NCBI GenBank assembly: GCA_963771465.1
Contig: CAVYTU010000016.1
Span: forward strand, 96,001 to 160,000
Direction of reading: 5' to 3'
DNA: 64,000 nt
From: an uncultured delta proteobacterium
Lineage (GTDB): Bacteria; Desulfobacterota; Binatia; UBA9968
Positions within the stretch are counted from its first letter, which is position 1, and each line of letters opens with the position of its first letter. Shown piece by piece: positions 29,433-39,976 of this stretch. A model generated the notes under the pieces. That model was not told the origin of the DNA. It made no database searches and saw only the letters and a list, made by a program, of their open reading frames with translations. A program made the translations under genes and the position numbers.

Positions 29433-30464
29433 ATGGAAGTAAAGTCGGTCAAGGAACGGAACACCGAATTGATGATGCATAGCGTCAAGTTCGCCAAAGA
29501 CGAACAGGCGCGGCGCAAGGGGCAGGAGATTCTTTTCAAATGGCCGGATATCGAGAAGCAACTGGGCGAGCATAAACATATTTACGTCGTCGACGCGCGG
29601 CTCGGTTCGAACAATCACACCCATCGCCTTTGGTACGATGTCATTCCGCCGCACACGGAGGAAGGCCAGGAATGGCGCACCCTCGGCCATCGCCACACAG
29701 TAGAAGCGATCATTTATTTTCTTAAAGGCCACGGCCACAGCATCATCGACGGCGTACGCTACGACTGGGGACCGGGCGATTTGTTGAGCGTGCCGATGTT
29801 TTCTTGGCACCGCCATGTCAACGACGGCGATGAGCCGGTGCTGCGCATCGCGTCGACCACAGGACCGTTGTCATTGGGCTTGGGTCAAGCGGTTTACGAA
29901 GACGAACGCTATCCTGAGTTCTGGGTTTATGCTCAGGAAGGCGAGGACGCGCGCAAAACATTGATCCCAGGCGGCGGATCGGCCGAAACCGGCAAGGTGG
30001 CCAACAACCGCGCCGCGGAAATGTACGCCGAGCAGGTCGGTTTCGCCATGCACGAAGAACAGCTCAGGCGGAACAGCAAAGTTTTGGTGAAACAGAAAGA
30101 CCTGGTTTTCGAGCCGACAGCCATGGGCAACGTCGCTTACGTCGTCGATCCGCGCATCGGTTTTCACAGCAAGGCTCTTGGCGTGGTCATGGCGGAAATA
30201 CCTCCCGGCAAACGCTCCGGCGCCCATCGGCATCTTTACGATGAAATCGATTTGATCGTCGGCGGCAAGGGCAAAGTGATCGTCGAAGACAAGTCGTTCG
30301 ATTTCGACACCCTGGACGTGCTGTCGATTCCCGTCTTTCAGTGGCATCAATATTTCAACACCGGCACCGAGCCACTGCGCATTCTCGGTATCAACACGCG
30401 GCTAGCGATGGACAATCTCGGTTTGTCGTTGACGCACCAGGGCGAGAAGGCGGATTATGTCTGA
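29433..30464 (+). CDS. Bicupin (gentisate 1,2-dioxygenase-like fold)
   Basis: HRHTVE...PMFSWHRH and HRHLYDE...PVFQWHQY motifs. Confidence 0.8.
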   Translation: MEVKSVKERNTELMMHSVKFAKDEQARRKGQEILFKWPDIEKQLGEHKHIYVVDARLGSNNHTHRLWYDVIPPHTEEGQEWRTLGHRHTVEAIIYFLKGHGHSIIDGVRYDWGPGDLLSVPMFSWHRHVNDGDEPVLRIASTTGPLSLGLGQAVYEDERYPEFWVYAQEGEDARKTLIPGGGSAETGKVANNRAAEMYAEQVGFAMHEEQLRRNSKVLVKQKDLVFEPTAMGNVAYVVDPRIGFHSKALGVVMAEIPPGKRSGAHRHLYDEIDLIVGGKGKVIVEDKSFDFDTLDVLSIPVFQWHQYFNTGTEPLRILGINTRLAMDNLGLSLTHQGEKADYV

Positions 30465-30556
30465 GTTGGGCTGCGATTAGATGATAAAACGAAACCTGTT
30501 CACAGCGTTCAAAATGTTCACGTCGATCAAAACGTTTTAAGCTAGGGGAGACTCCG

Positions 30557-31708
30557 GTGGAAGTTAAATTTGGTTTGTTTAGTTGCGATTCCCACGCGCA
30601 GTTGGACCGTGACGCGTGGACCAAGCGGATGTCGAAGGACAAGTGGGGCGATCGGATTCCGCAGATCGTCGAGGTTAACGAGGACGGCAAGACCGTGGAC
30701 CGATGGATCGTCAACGGCAAGGTGCGCACTGAATGGGTGTGCAACTGTCCGGCGGCGATGGAAGGCGGCGTGGCGCGCGGTTATTATCCGCGGCGCTGGG
30801 AAGAGGTGCCGAAGATCGTTTACGATCCGGCCCAGCGCTTGAAAGCGTTGGATGACGATCGCGTCGACGGCGAGGTGCTTTATCCCAACGGCCCGGTGTC
30901 GAATTTTGCCTTTCTCCAAGCCGACGCCGAGTTCGAGCTGGCTTGTGTGCGAGCGTACAACGACGCGCTGGCCGAGTGGCGCGAAGTGAGCGACCGCTAT
31001 GTTCCCATGGCGATTATTCCCTACATGAACGAGATTGACGTAGTTGTCGCCGAAGTCGAGCACGCGGTTAAGCGCGGCCATCGCGGCGTGGTCATGCTCG
31101 CCGAGCCGGCTTTCACCAAGAAAGGCTTGAAGCGCATGAACGATCCCTACTGGGAACCGCTCTGGGCCTGTTGCCAAGACTTGGGCATTCCCATGCACTG
31201 GCATGGTTCGTCCGGCTTGACTCAGCAGCTGTCTTTGCCGAAGTGGGATGGCTTCTCAAAAAAGGAAATGCATACGGTTTCCACTTCGCGCCTGTGCGCG
31301 ACGCCGGCGCAGCTGATTCCAAACTTGATCTTCTCCGGAATCCTCGACCGCTATCCGCGCCTCAATTGGGCCTGCGCCGAGACCGGGTTCGGTTGGGTTA
31401 GTTACGTGCTCGAGGCGAGCGATCACGAGTGGGAGCAGCGTCAGCTGTGGAAGGAAGGGGTCAAGACAAAACCGAGCGAAGTATTTCGCCGGCAGATCTA
31501 CGTCGACTTCTGGTATGAGAAGGCGGGTATCGAACTGCGCGAGCTAGTCGGCGTCGACAATATTATGTGGGAGTCGGACTATCCGCATATCGCCGCGACC
31601 TATCCCAAGTCTTGGAGTTTCGTCGAAGACTCGCTCGTCGGCGTGCCGGAAGACGAGCGCAAGAAGTTGTGTTATGGCAACGCGATGAGGCTCTACGGGC
31701 TTACGTAG
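30557..31708 (+). CDS. Amidohydrolase family 2 protein
   Basis: SCDSH, EVLYP, AYNDAL, HWH, ETGFGW and ESDYPH motifs. Confidence 0.9.
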   Translation: MEVKFGLFSCDSHAQLDRDAWTKRMSKDKWGDRIPQIVEVNEDGKTVDRWIVNGKVRTEWVCNCPAAMEGGVARGYYPRRWEEVPKIVYDPAQRLKALDDDRVDGEVLYPNGPVSNFAFLQADAEFELACVRAYNDALAEWREVSDRYVPMAIIPYMNEIDVVVAEVEHAVKRGHRGVVMLAEPAFTKKGLKRMNDPYWEPLWACCQDLGIPMHWHGSSGLTQQLSLPKWDGFSKKEMHTVSTSRLCATPAQLIPNLIFSGILDRYPRLNWACAETGFGWVSYVLEASDHEWEQRQLWKEGVKTKPSEVFRRQIYVDFWYEKAGIELRELVGVDNIMWESDYPHIAATYPKSWSFVEDSLVGVPEDERKKLCYGNAMRLYGLT

Positions 31709-31770
31709 AATCACCATGGTGCAACAATCACTAAAGCCGAGCATGACAACCAAAGAGAAGTAACATCACA

Positions 31771-32910
31771 ATGAACAATAGTTTTATCAGCGTCGATGAA
31801 CATGTCCAGGAACATCCCGAGGTCTGGATCAAAAGAATGTCGCGGGCCAAGTGGGGTGAGCGGATTCCGCATGTTGAGCACAGTTCAAACGGCGTCGAGA
31901 GTTGGGTCGTCGACGGTCGGAAGATCGATCTAGCCGGCGTCGCCGATTGCGGCGCGGCGATGGCGGATCGGACGCAAAACCCGCAGCGTTGGGCCGACGT
32001 GCCGGCGGCGGTCTATGATCCGAAGGAACGATTGAAGGCGATGGATGCGGCCGGCATCGATTACGCGGTGCTTTATCCGACCGTCGCCGGCGTCGGCGGA
32101 CAATCGTTTGGGCGTATGGAAGATCGAGAGTTAGAGCTCGCCTGCGTGCAAGCGTACAACGACTGGCTGCTCGAAGAGTGGGGCGGCGCGAGTGAACGAT
32201 TTGTTTCGCAGTGCATCACACCGCTCGGTCCGGTTGACGCCGTCGTCAAAGAAATTCGCCGCTGTGTGGCCAAGGGTCATCGCGGCGTGATTTATCCATC
32301 GATCCCCATGGAGCTGCGCGACGTGCCGCATATCAACGATTCGACCTATGATCCGATCTGGGCGACTTGCCAGGAATTGGCCGTGCCGATCTGTTTTCAT
32401 GCCGGCGCTTCGAGCCAGATACAGATTCCCGCTTACGAAGGCTATTCACCGGCGTTGGCGGCGGCGGTTCAGTCGATCACCCGGCCGGCGAGCTCGGTGT
32501 CGGTGTTGGTGAATCTTTTGATCTCGAAAATTCTCATGCGCTTTCCGCAATTGAAAGTCGTACTCGCCGAGAGCGGTCTGGGCTGGGGCGCATACTTGTT
32601 GGAGTACACCGATTTTCAAGCCACCGGCGATCAGTTGCCGCAAAACGGCTACGATCTCATGCCGTCGGAGTTGTTCAAGCGGCAGTGTTACCTGGTCGGC
32701 TGGTACGATAAAGCTAGTTTGCGTGTGCGCCGTTACGTCGGCACGGAAAATATTCTCTGGTCGAGCCAGTTTCCACAGGCGACGTCGACGTGGCCGAAGA
32801 CTCAGGAAAGTTTAGCGCAAAGTTTCGAAGGCGTGGATGAAGGCGACAAGCAAAAGATCCTTTGGGAAAACGCGGCGAAGTTATATAAGATTGCCAAGCG
32901 TAGAATTTGA
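31771..32910 (+). CDS. Amidohydrolase family 2 protein with a degenerate C-terminal metal motif
   Basis: VDEH, AVLYP, ICFH and ESGLGW are present, but SSQFPQ replaces SDYPH. Confidence 0.85.
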   Translation: MNNSFISVDEHVQEHPEVWIKRMSRAKWGERIPHVEHSSNGVESWVVDGRKIDLAGVADCGAAMADRTQNPQRWADVPAAVYDPKERLKAMDAAGIDYAVLYPTVAGVGGQSFGRMEDRELELACVQAYNDWLLEEWGGASERFVSQCITPLGPVDAVVKEIRRCVAKGHRGVIYPSIPMELRDVPHINDSTYDPIWATCQELAVPICFHAGASSQIQIPAYEGYSPALAAAVQSITRPASSVSVLVNLLISKILMRFPQLKVVLAESGLGWGAYLLEYTDFQATGDQLPQNGYDLMPSELFKRQCYLVGWYDKASLRVRRYVGTENILWSSQFPQATSTWPKTQESLAQSFEGVDEGDKQKILWENAAKLYKIAKRRI

Positions 32911-32922
32911 GTTGGAGCGATC

Positions 32923-33603
32923 ATGTCTCATTGGCCTAAAATACGTCCGACCATCGATGCAATGGTCAACCAGCAGTTCGACACGCCGGAATTCAAAAAA
33001 CTCTTCGCGGTGCCGCTGACGGCGCAACGGATCAAAGTCTATCAAAACCACATGACTTTCTATGCCAACAACCGGCGCGATTGTTGGGCGTTTGTCGCCG
33101 GCAAGGCGCCGCTCGACGTCAAGCGCGCCATCTGGGCGCATGAGAAAGACGAGTTGATCCACGACGAGCGCATGGGGCGCGCGCATGTGACGGAGGATGA
33201 CTTGCAGGCCGGCGATGAGTCTTTGTTGGCTCCCGGCGCCAAGGCGGCATACTATGCCTGGCTATATTGCGCACGTGAAAAGCCTTGGCTCGAAGGGCTC
33301 GTCTATTCGCATATTCTCGAGCGGCGCAACAACAACGCCATCGTCAAAGGCGGCGGATTGGTCGAGCGCTGGAAGCGCAAGCAACGGGCCGAGCTGGGTG
33401 AAAAAACCGCCGCGAGGGATTTCCAAACCGAAGTGCACGCCATCGCCGACGAAGATCACTCGGATATCTTCGAGCCGATCTTTGTGCGCCATATCGATAG
33501 CGAAGCGGCCGCGCAGGCGGTGCTGGCGGCAACGCGGGACGGTCTGGTGATCGACCGCGCATTGCGCGGCGCACTGGCGGATGCGATGTTGGCGGTGGAG
33601 TGA
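32923..33603 (+). CDS. Heme-oxygenase-like diiron (TenA/PqqC/CADD-like) redox protein
   Basis: Candidate ligands HEKDE...H, E (ILERR) and HAIADEDH (HxxxDxxH). Confidence 0.72.
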   Translation: MSHWPKIRPTIDAMVNQQFDTPEFKKLFAVPLTAQRIKVYQNHMTFYANNRRDCWAFVAGKAPLDVKRAIWAHEKDELIHDERMGRAHVTEDDLQAGDESLLAPGAKAAYYAWLYCAREKPWLEGLVYSHILERRNNNAIVKGGGLVERWKRKQRAELGEKTAARDFQTEVHAIADEDHSDIFEPIFVRHIDSEAAAQAVLAATRDGLVIDRALRGALADAMLAVE

Positions 33604-33753
33604 TTTTTTATGATGGCATTTGCATTCGAGGTGTTCGATTCCTTTGCCTGGACGGGGAAAGCATCGGATTCGGATGGAGAAGAATGAGATTCGCGTCGTT
33701 AAACAATTCGTCAGTAACTCAAATAGCACAGCAAAATGAGGAGGAGACTAATC

Positions 33754-34846
33754 ATGGCAGACACACCGGTTAATGCCGAGCAAGAAGTAAAAGAAAGAGT
33801 TGCGTACAAGTCGCCCTACGAGCAGTGGAAGGAAGTCGGAAGGATTGCAGACCTATCGCGGCTTGGCGATCAAAAATCTCTATGAGCTTGAATTGTCGCC
33901 GTGGAAGTCGAGCGGCGCGGGCTCGGCGGCATTCTTGAATTTGGAAGGCACAGGCGGATTCAACGACTCCTACGTCGCGGAAATTCCTCCCGGCAAATCG
34001 CTCAAATCGCATCGGCATTTGTTCGAGGAAACGATTTACATTCTTAAAGGCCAAGGCGCGACTTCGGTTTGGATCGATCCGGCCAAGAAAGAGACCTTCG
34101 AGTGGCAGGAGGGAAGTTATTTTTCGATTCCGATGAACGCTTGGCATGAGCATCATAATGCTTCGGGCTTGGACTCCGCGCGCTACATCGCCATGACCAG
34201 CGCGCCGCGGGTGATCGATACGTTCAACAACTACGAATTCGTTTTCGACAACCCGTTCGTTTTCAAAGACCGCTACAACTCGGAGGAAGGCTACTTCAAA
34301 CAAAAAGCGCCGGCACAGCAGTGGTCGACTAACTTCGTCGCCGACGTGCGCGTGTGCCAGACTTACTCCGGCGGCTTTGACCGCGGCGGCGGCGCCAAGA
34401 GCACGGTGTTTCGCATGGTCAATCAGACGGTCAAGTCGCATGTCTCGCTCTGGGGCGTGGGCGCGTACAAGAAGGCGCACCGCCACGGTCCCGGCATTCA
34501 TGTTCTGATCATCCGAGGCCACGGCTATTCGATCATGTGGAATGAAGGCAAACCGTGGGAGCGTGTCGAGTGGGGACCGGGCAGCGTGTTCGTGCCGCCG
34601 GAAATGTGGTTCCATCAGCATTTCAACGGCAGCGCCGAGCCGGTGTTTTTCCTCGCCATCGGTTGGGGCAGCGACAAGCCGAAAGCGGGCGGCAAGGCGT
34701 ACATTTATAAGAGCGTCAAAGAAGGCGGCGATCAGATCGAGTACGAGGACGAAGACCCGAAAATGCATGCCGAGTTCGAAGTCGCGATGAAGCAAGCCGG
34801 CGCGCGCTGCAAGATGGATTATCATCCTCACTGCACGATGAAGTGA
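33754..34846 (+). CDS. Bicupin protein (one frameshift near 33830)
   Basis: GAGGAGGAG RBS and ATG 33754 (MADTPVNAEQ...SPYEQWK) join the 33800 frame, which has HRHLFEE...WHEH and HRHGPG...WFHQH. Confidence 0.8.
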
Positions 34847-34905
34847 TTTTTCAGTCGATGATCGAAGATCGATGAATCGAGGATGGCTGATGACGCATCA
34901 AGAGA

Positions 34906-35984
34906 TTGCGGTCTCAATTGCGGTTACCGCTGTTGTTCGTTGACGTGCGTGGCATGTTGTCAGTCGCACAATCGGCGTCCATCGAAGCGCTTTTCAGCGA
35001 GATCAACAAGCTGCCGGCGCCGCAGCGCCAGAAGCGGCTCGAAGACGGCGCGCGCAAAGAGGGCGCGTTTAAATTTTACGGCATCTCCAATGCCGCTCTG
35101 CTCGACGCCTACTACCGCCGGTTTCATGCAAACGATATCCGTTCATTAAAGCTGAGTTCTGGCGCGGCAGCGGCAACAAGTTGGTGTTTCGCACATTGAC
35201 CGAACATCGCGCCGGTCAGTTGGATACCGACGCGGTGTTGGTCGGCACGGAAAACGTTATGACGCTCAAGCGCTCGGGCATCTGGGCGCGCTACCATTCG
35301 CCGGAGTCGGTAAATTTCGCCAAAGAGTTCACGGATAAGGACGGCTACTGGCATGCCGATAGTTTGGGCGTATCGACGCTCGCTTACAATACCAAGCTGG
35401 TCAGGAAAGAAGAGGCGCCGAAGGGATACGACGATCTCTTCGAGCCAAGTGGAAGGGCAGCTCTTTCCATCGACATGGAACCCGAGCGGGCGTTGATGGG
35501 CTGGTTGACCGCCTGGGGCGAGCAGAAAACTCGCGCCTTTGTCGAGAGATTGATTAAACATGGCGCCGTCGTACGGCGCGGCCACACTTTGCAAGCGCAA
35601 CTGATGTGTGCCGGCGAGTTCAAAGTCGCCGTGGAGATATATCCCGACGGGATTTTGCGCATGAAGCAAGACGGCTGTCCGGCGGCGATCTGGTTTTTCC
35701 CAACCCGACGCCGGCGCATATCAGCGGCGCCATCGGCATCTACGTCAACACCTCGCGTCCCCACGCCGCGGCGCTTATTCATCGACTTCATGAAGTCGGC
35801 CGAAGGCGCGAAAATACTCGCGTCGACCGGCCGACTCTCAGGCCGCAAAGGCGTCAAGTCGTTGTATGACGATCTCAATAATCTCGAAGAACGCGGCATT
35901 CCGCTGCTGGTCGTCGGACCCGAGCAGTCCGAGCTGGTGGCGAAGCCAATGGAACGAATCATGAAAGATATTCTCGTACCGTAG
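34906..35984 (+). pseudogene. AfuA-type solute-binding protein with several frameshifts
   Basis: Fragments RLEDGARKEG..., YNTKLV.KEEAPKGYDDL and PHAAAL lie in different frames; paralog of 23651 and 27649. Start uncertain. Confidence 0.7.
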
Positions 35985-36078
35985 CTCGTGTCGTGTCCGT
36001 GACTCGTGGTCGTCGGATCACGAGGTTTGTGCAAAGGCGCGGAGAACGCCAAGTGACCAATTAGCCAACTTTATGTGA

Positions 36079-36165
36079 TTTTCACCACGAAGGACACGAA
36101 GAGCACGAAGTGCGGAAAATAATTATCCGAACCCTTCGTGTCCTTCGTGCTCTTCGTGGTGAAAA
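36079..36165. repeat. Inverted 9-bp periodic palindromic element
   Basis: TTTTCAC CACGAAG ga CACGAAG ag CACGAAG - spacer containing CGGA...TCCG - CTTCGTG tc CTTCGTG ct CTTCGTG GTGAAAA. Confidence 0.9.
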
Positions 36166-36204
36166 ATCGATCTGCGCTAAGACGATCGAGGAGGAACCGT
36201 TTCG

Positions 36205-37368
36205 ATGTCCCGTCGGTACGCTTATTTTTCCGCTGACAGCCACTTCGAACGGCTACCGGAAACGTGGACGCACCGGGTGCCCGCGAAGTATCGCGACCGC
36301 GCGCCGCGACGGATCAAGCTTGCCGACGGGCGAGACGCCATTATCGAGGAGGGCCAGCCGCTCGAATATCGCGGGACCAATTTGTTTGCCGGAAAAGGCG
36401 CCGAGAATTTCAATCCGACGCATCTCGACTTTGAAAACGCGGTCGGCGCCGGCTCGCCGCAACAACGATTGCAGGAACAAGATGCCGACGGCATCGACGG
36501 CGAGCTATTGTTCGCCAGCGAGGCGCGCAACACCAAGATCAAAGACCGGGACGCGTTTATGGCCATCGTTCAGGCTTTCAACGATTACTTCATCGAGGAA
36601 TATTGCGCCGTCGATCGCGACCGGTTGATCGGCGTGGCGGTTATGCCTGACATCGGCGCGGAGGAAAACGTCGCCGAAATGAAACGCTGCAAGGAAAAAG
36701 GTTTCAAAGCGGTGCGCCTGCATACTTTTCCCAGCGGCAAGAGTTTTCCGACGCCGGAAGATGACAACTTCTGGGCCGCGGCGCTCGAACTCGACATGCC
36801 CGTGACGATCCACACGTCGTTTCCGCGCCGGACCGATGAGCGCGACGTTTACTTGATGAAATATCCGAAAGATCCCCAGGGTGAAGACCGGCCATTCGAT
36901 TTTCTCCAGCGCCTGGCGCGCCAAGGCATCTATCATTGCGGCGCGGTGGAAGCGACACAGTTGATCTTCACCGGTGTGTTCGACCGCTTTCCCAAGCTGC
37001 AAGTCTTTTGGGCGGAGAACAACATCGGTTGGATTCCTTACTTCTACCAGCAGATCGATCAGACCTATAAAGTGAACCGCCATTGGGCCGACAAGCTGCT
37101 CGGCCTGCCCAAACTCAAGAAACTGCCGAGCGAATATTTGCGCGAGCATGCTCACTGGGGGGTCTTCGACGATCCCATCGGCATCGAACTGCGCCATAGG
37201 GTCGGCGTCGACCGAGTCATGTGGTCGACCGACTTCCCGCACATCGTCACGCGCTGGCCAAAATCTCTGGAACTGATGGAAGAACAGTTCGCCGGCGTGC
37301 CTGAGAATGAGAAACAGGCGATGGTGGCGGGAAACGCGGTGAAGTTTTTTCATCTCGACGCCGCGTAA
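36205..37368 (+). CDS. Amidohydrolase family 2 protein
   Basis: SADSH, QDADGID, TIH, ENNIGW and STDFPH motifs. Confidence 0.9.
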   Translation: MSRRYAYFSADSHFERLPETWTHRVPAKYRDRAPRRIKLADGRDAIIEEGQPLEYRGTNLFAGKGAENFNPTHLDFENAVGAGSPQQRLQEQDADGIDGELLFASEARNTKIKDRDAFMAIVQAFNDYFIEEYCAVDRDRLIGVAVMPDIGAEENVAEMKRCKEKGFKAVRLHTFPSGKSFPTPEDDNFWAAALELDMPVTIHTSFPRRTDERDVYLMKYPKDPQGEDRPFDFLQRLARQGIYHCGAVEATQLIFTGVFDRFPKLQVFWAENNIGWIPYFYQQIDQTYKVNRHWADKLLGLPKLKKLPSEYLREHAHWGVFDDPIGIELRHRVGVDRVMWSTDFPHIVTRWPKSLELMEEQFAGVPENEKQAMVAGNAVKFFHLDAA

Positions 37369-37451
37369 GAGTTTCGGAATGTCTCGCGCAAAGGCGCAAC
37401 GCAGCCAAGTTCGCCAGCAGTTTTCCCTCCATGTGATGGATAATTAACATC

Positions 37452-38414
37452 GTGAATCTGGCACCGGCAATTTTGCTCTTCCTTCTTGTGTTTGTCTCAA
37501 CCGTCGACGCGCGTAAGGTTTCCGTCGGCGTGCCGGTGCTCGATGTCACCATGAGCCCGTTGTTCATTGCCAAGGATCGCGGCTATTTCCAGAAGGAAGG
37601 GCTCGAAGTCGATCTCGTGCTCATGCGCGGCGGCGTGAGCAATCAGGCGCTGATTGCGGGTGGAGTCGAGTTTTCCACGGTGCCGACGGCCGGTCTGCAG
37701 GCGGCGCTGCAAGGCGCTCCGCTCAAGGTTATCTTCAGCGCATACCTCAAGCCGATATTTTGGCTCTATGCCCGTCCCGAAGTGCGCAATGTGAAGGATC
37801 TCACTGGCAAGAAAGTGGCGGTATCGAGTCTCGGCGCGGCAGGCGACGCGGCGTTGCGCGAGCTGTTTAAGAAAAACGGCATGGACGAAAATCGCGATGT
37901 GGCGATCCTTGCCATCGGCACCACGGCGACGCGACTGAGCGCACTGTCAAGCAACGTCGTCGACGCGGCGATGATGACATTCCCGCACAATATCACCGCC
38001 GCGGAGCAGGGCTTTCGCGAGCTGGTGTCATTCATCGCGTCGGACATCATTCAGCTTCAAGGCACTATCGTGGCGCGCGATCAGTTGCTGCAAAACGATC
38101 CTGTCCTGGTTGATAAATTCTTGCGCGCGACGATCAAAGGGTTCATTTCATACACGGCCAATCGCGGCGGCGCGGTGTCGGTGCTGGCGAGGAATGTAAA
38201 AACTACTGAAGAGCTGGCGGCGAGGATCTACGATCTGGTGCGGCCGGCGGTCGCGCCTGAAGGTCTATTGAGTGAAGATTTGCAAAAACGGGTGATGATG
38301 CCGCTGTTGGAACGCATTGGGCGCAAGGAATTGCCGGCGCTGAACCGCTATTTCGACTTCAGCATGACGCGAAAAATCAATGCGGAGCTGAAGACGGAGG
38401 GATGGAGGCCGTGA
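37452..38414 (+). CDS. NMT1/THI5-type ABC substrate-binding protein
   Basis: Signal peptide; GYFQKEGL, LTGKKVAVS and FDFS motifs. Confidence 0.85.
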   Translation: MNLAPAILLFLLVFVSTVDARKVSVGVPVLDVTMSPLFIAKDRGYFQKEGLEVDLVLMRGGVSNQALIAGGVEFSTVPTAGLQAALQGAPLKVIFSAYLKPIFWLYARPEVRNVKDLTGKKVAVSSLGAAGDAALRELFKKNGMDENRDVAILAIGTTATRLSALSSNVVDAAMMTFPHNITAAEQGFRELVSFIASDIIQLQGTIVARDQLLQNDPVLVDKFLRATIKGFISYTANRGGAVSVLARNVKTTEELAARIYDLVRPAVAPEGLLSEDLQKRVMMPLLERIGRKELPALNRYFDFSMTRKINAELKTEGWRP

Positions 38415-38488
38415 ATTAGGAGTTCAAATCGTTCAAGCAGTTCAATTTCGATCTCCTCGCCCGCTCGCGGGAGTGGGCAGGATGAAGG

Positions 38489-39772
38489 TCAGTGCTGCGA
38501 AGCCAATAGCTTCTCTTTCCAGTAACTCTGCCAGTCCGACCGGTCGGTGATCACTTCGGAAACCACCGTCAAATGAGGAAAGCGATTCGCTGCTTCATTG
38601 CGGATCGTATGCGGCGCTTCTTTGCCGGCTTCGACGTCGCGTATCGCGCGCAGCACTTGGCGGCGTGCGGCGATGATGGCGCGGTCGCTCGAACCTAAGA
38701 ATTCTTGACTGCGGTCGGCGATCTCGCCGCAGCCTTCGACGATCGCGGTGTCTTGCACGTTAAAAATTCGCCCCATGCCCGAGAAACTCCAGCTCTTCAT
38801 CGATTCGCGGTCTTGCAGGTAACGATTCGCCTTGTTGCGCTTGGGCCTGTGGTCGGGTGTCAGCTCGTCGAGGATTTCCTGGTTGCGGCGAATGTCCTTT
38901 TCTTCCATCGGCGCGCTGCGGCGAAAAACGACGTCATAGCGCCAGTGGTGCGTGTCATCGATGGGTACGTGGCAATAAAGATTGTAGCCGTCGCCGGACA
39001 TGGGCCCTGGGATCGTCGCCATGTTGGGCAAGATGAAATTGGTGACCCGGAAAAAGATTTGACCTTCCTCAGTATTCCGAAGCGAAAAAATACGCACGCC
39101 GTAATCCGTCTCTTCGGCTTCGATCTCCGGTGCGACGTCGACTTCATAAAGCGCCAGCGGCAGTTTGCCGTCGCTGCCTTTGACCGTGCGTTTCAAATTC
39201 TCTGGCACATTGGCTTGGCGGTGCAGATAAGAGACGTGGCTCGGATCGAGATTGCCCTCGTTGCCCTGGAAGTAATTGCACTCGTGAAAAATCTTCGTCA
39301 CCAGCACGTGGCCGGCCGGCGCGAGGAACGGTTCGTAGTTGGGAAAAAGCGGCGGTTCGCCCGGTCCCAAGTAAGCGAAGATAATTCCGGCGTGCTCCTG
39401 ACAAGGATAAGCCGGATGGCGAACTTTCTCGCAAAAGCTTTTACCGGGCGCTTCGCAAGGTTGTTCGAGGCAGTTGCCGTGCCGGTCGTAAAGCCAGCCA
39501 TGGTAGAGGCAGCGCAAACCGCCATTCTCAACTCGGCCATAACTTAGATCGGCGCGCCGGTGCGAACAGTGTAGACCGAGCAAGCCAAGCTGGCCTTGGC
39601 CGTCGCGAAACAAGACGAGTTCTTCGCTCAAGATGCGTACCGGCAGCGGCGCGCCGTTGTCTGGCAACTCTTCAGCAAGCGCCACTGGCTGCCAGTAGCG
39701 GCGCAGCAAATTTCCGCCCGGTGTGCCCGGGCCGGTACGGGTGATCAGATCGTTTTCTTCTCGGGATAGCAT
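38489..39772 (-). CDS. Rieske non-heme iron oxygenase alpha subunit (phthalate 4,5-dioxygenase/LigX-like)
   Basis: CSHRRADL...CLYHGW Rieske motif; EGNLDPSHVSYLH mononuclear iron motif; distal QD. Confidence 0.92.
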   Translation of the reverse strand: MLSREENDLITRTGPGTPGGNLLRRYWQPVALAEELPDNGAPLPVRILSEELVLFRDGQGQLGLLGLHCSHRRADLSYGRVENGGLRCLYHGWLYDRHGNCLEQPCEAPGKSFCEKVRHPAYPCQEHAGIIFAYLGPGEPPLFPNYEPFLAPAGHVLVTKIFHECNYFQGNEGNLDPSHVSYLHRQANVPENLKRTVKGSDGKLPLALYEVDVAPEIEAEETDYGVRIFSLRNTEEGQIFFRVTNFILPNMATIPGPMSGDGYNLYCHVPIDDTHHWRYDVVFRRSAPMEEKDIRRNQEILDELTPDHRPKRNKANRYLQDRESMKSWSFSGMGRIFNVQDTAIVEGCGEIADRSQEFLGSSDRAIIAARRQVLRAIRDVEAGKEAPHTIRNEAANRFPHLTVVSEVITDRSDWQSYWKEKLLASQH

Positions 39773-39976
39773 CTTACAATTTTGGATTGTGCCAGCGGCG
39801 CCGCCTTTGGATTGTCGTCCTAGTTTTATCATCTTCAGTCCGCGGTCGGCAATCGATGCTTACGAGACTCGGCCAATTTGACCGCAAAGAACTCAAAGGA
39901 GGCAAAGTCAGCGGCGGGGTTGCGAATCTGCGACAACTTCATCTATAGAGTGGGTCGAGTACGGTGGAGGTGAGCA

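Noticed and set aside
33800-33850. Programmed ribosomal frameshifting in the split genes
   Set aside because: No shared slippery heptamer or downstream structure was seen, and unrelated gene families are affected. Indel error is the simpler explanation.
36079-36165. Possible CRISPR array
   Set aside because: The units are 9 bp with no 25-45 bp unique spacers, and no cas genes are present.
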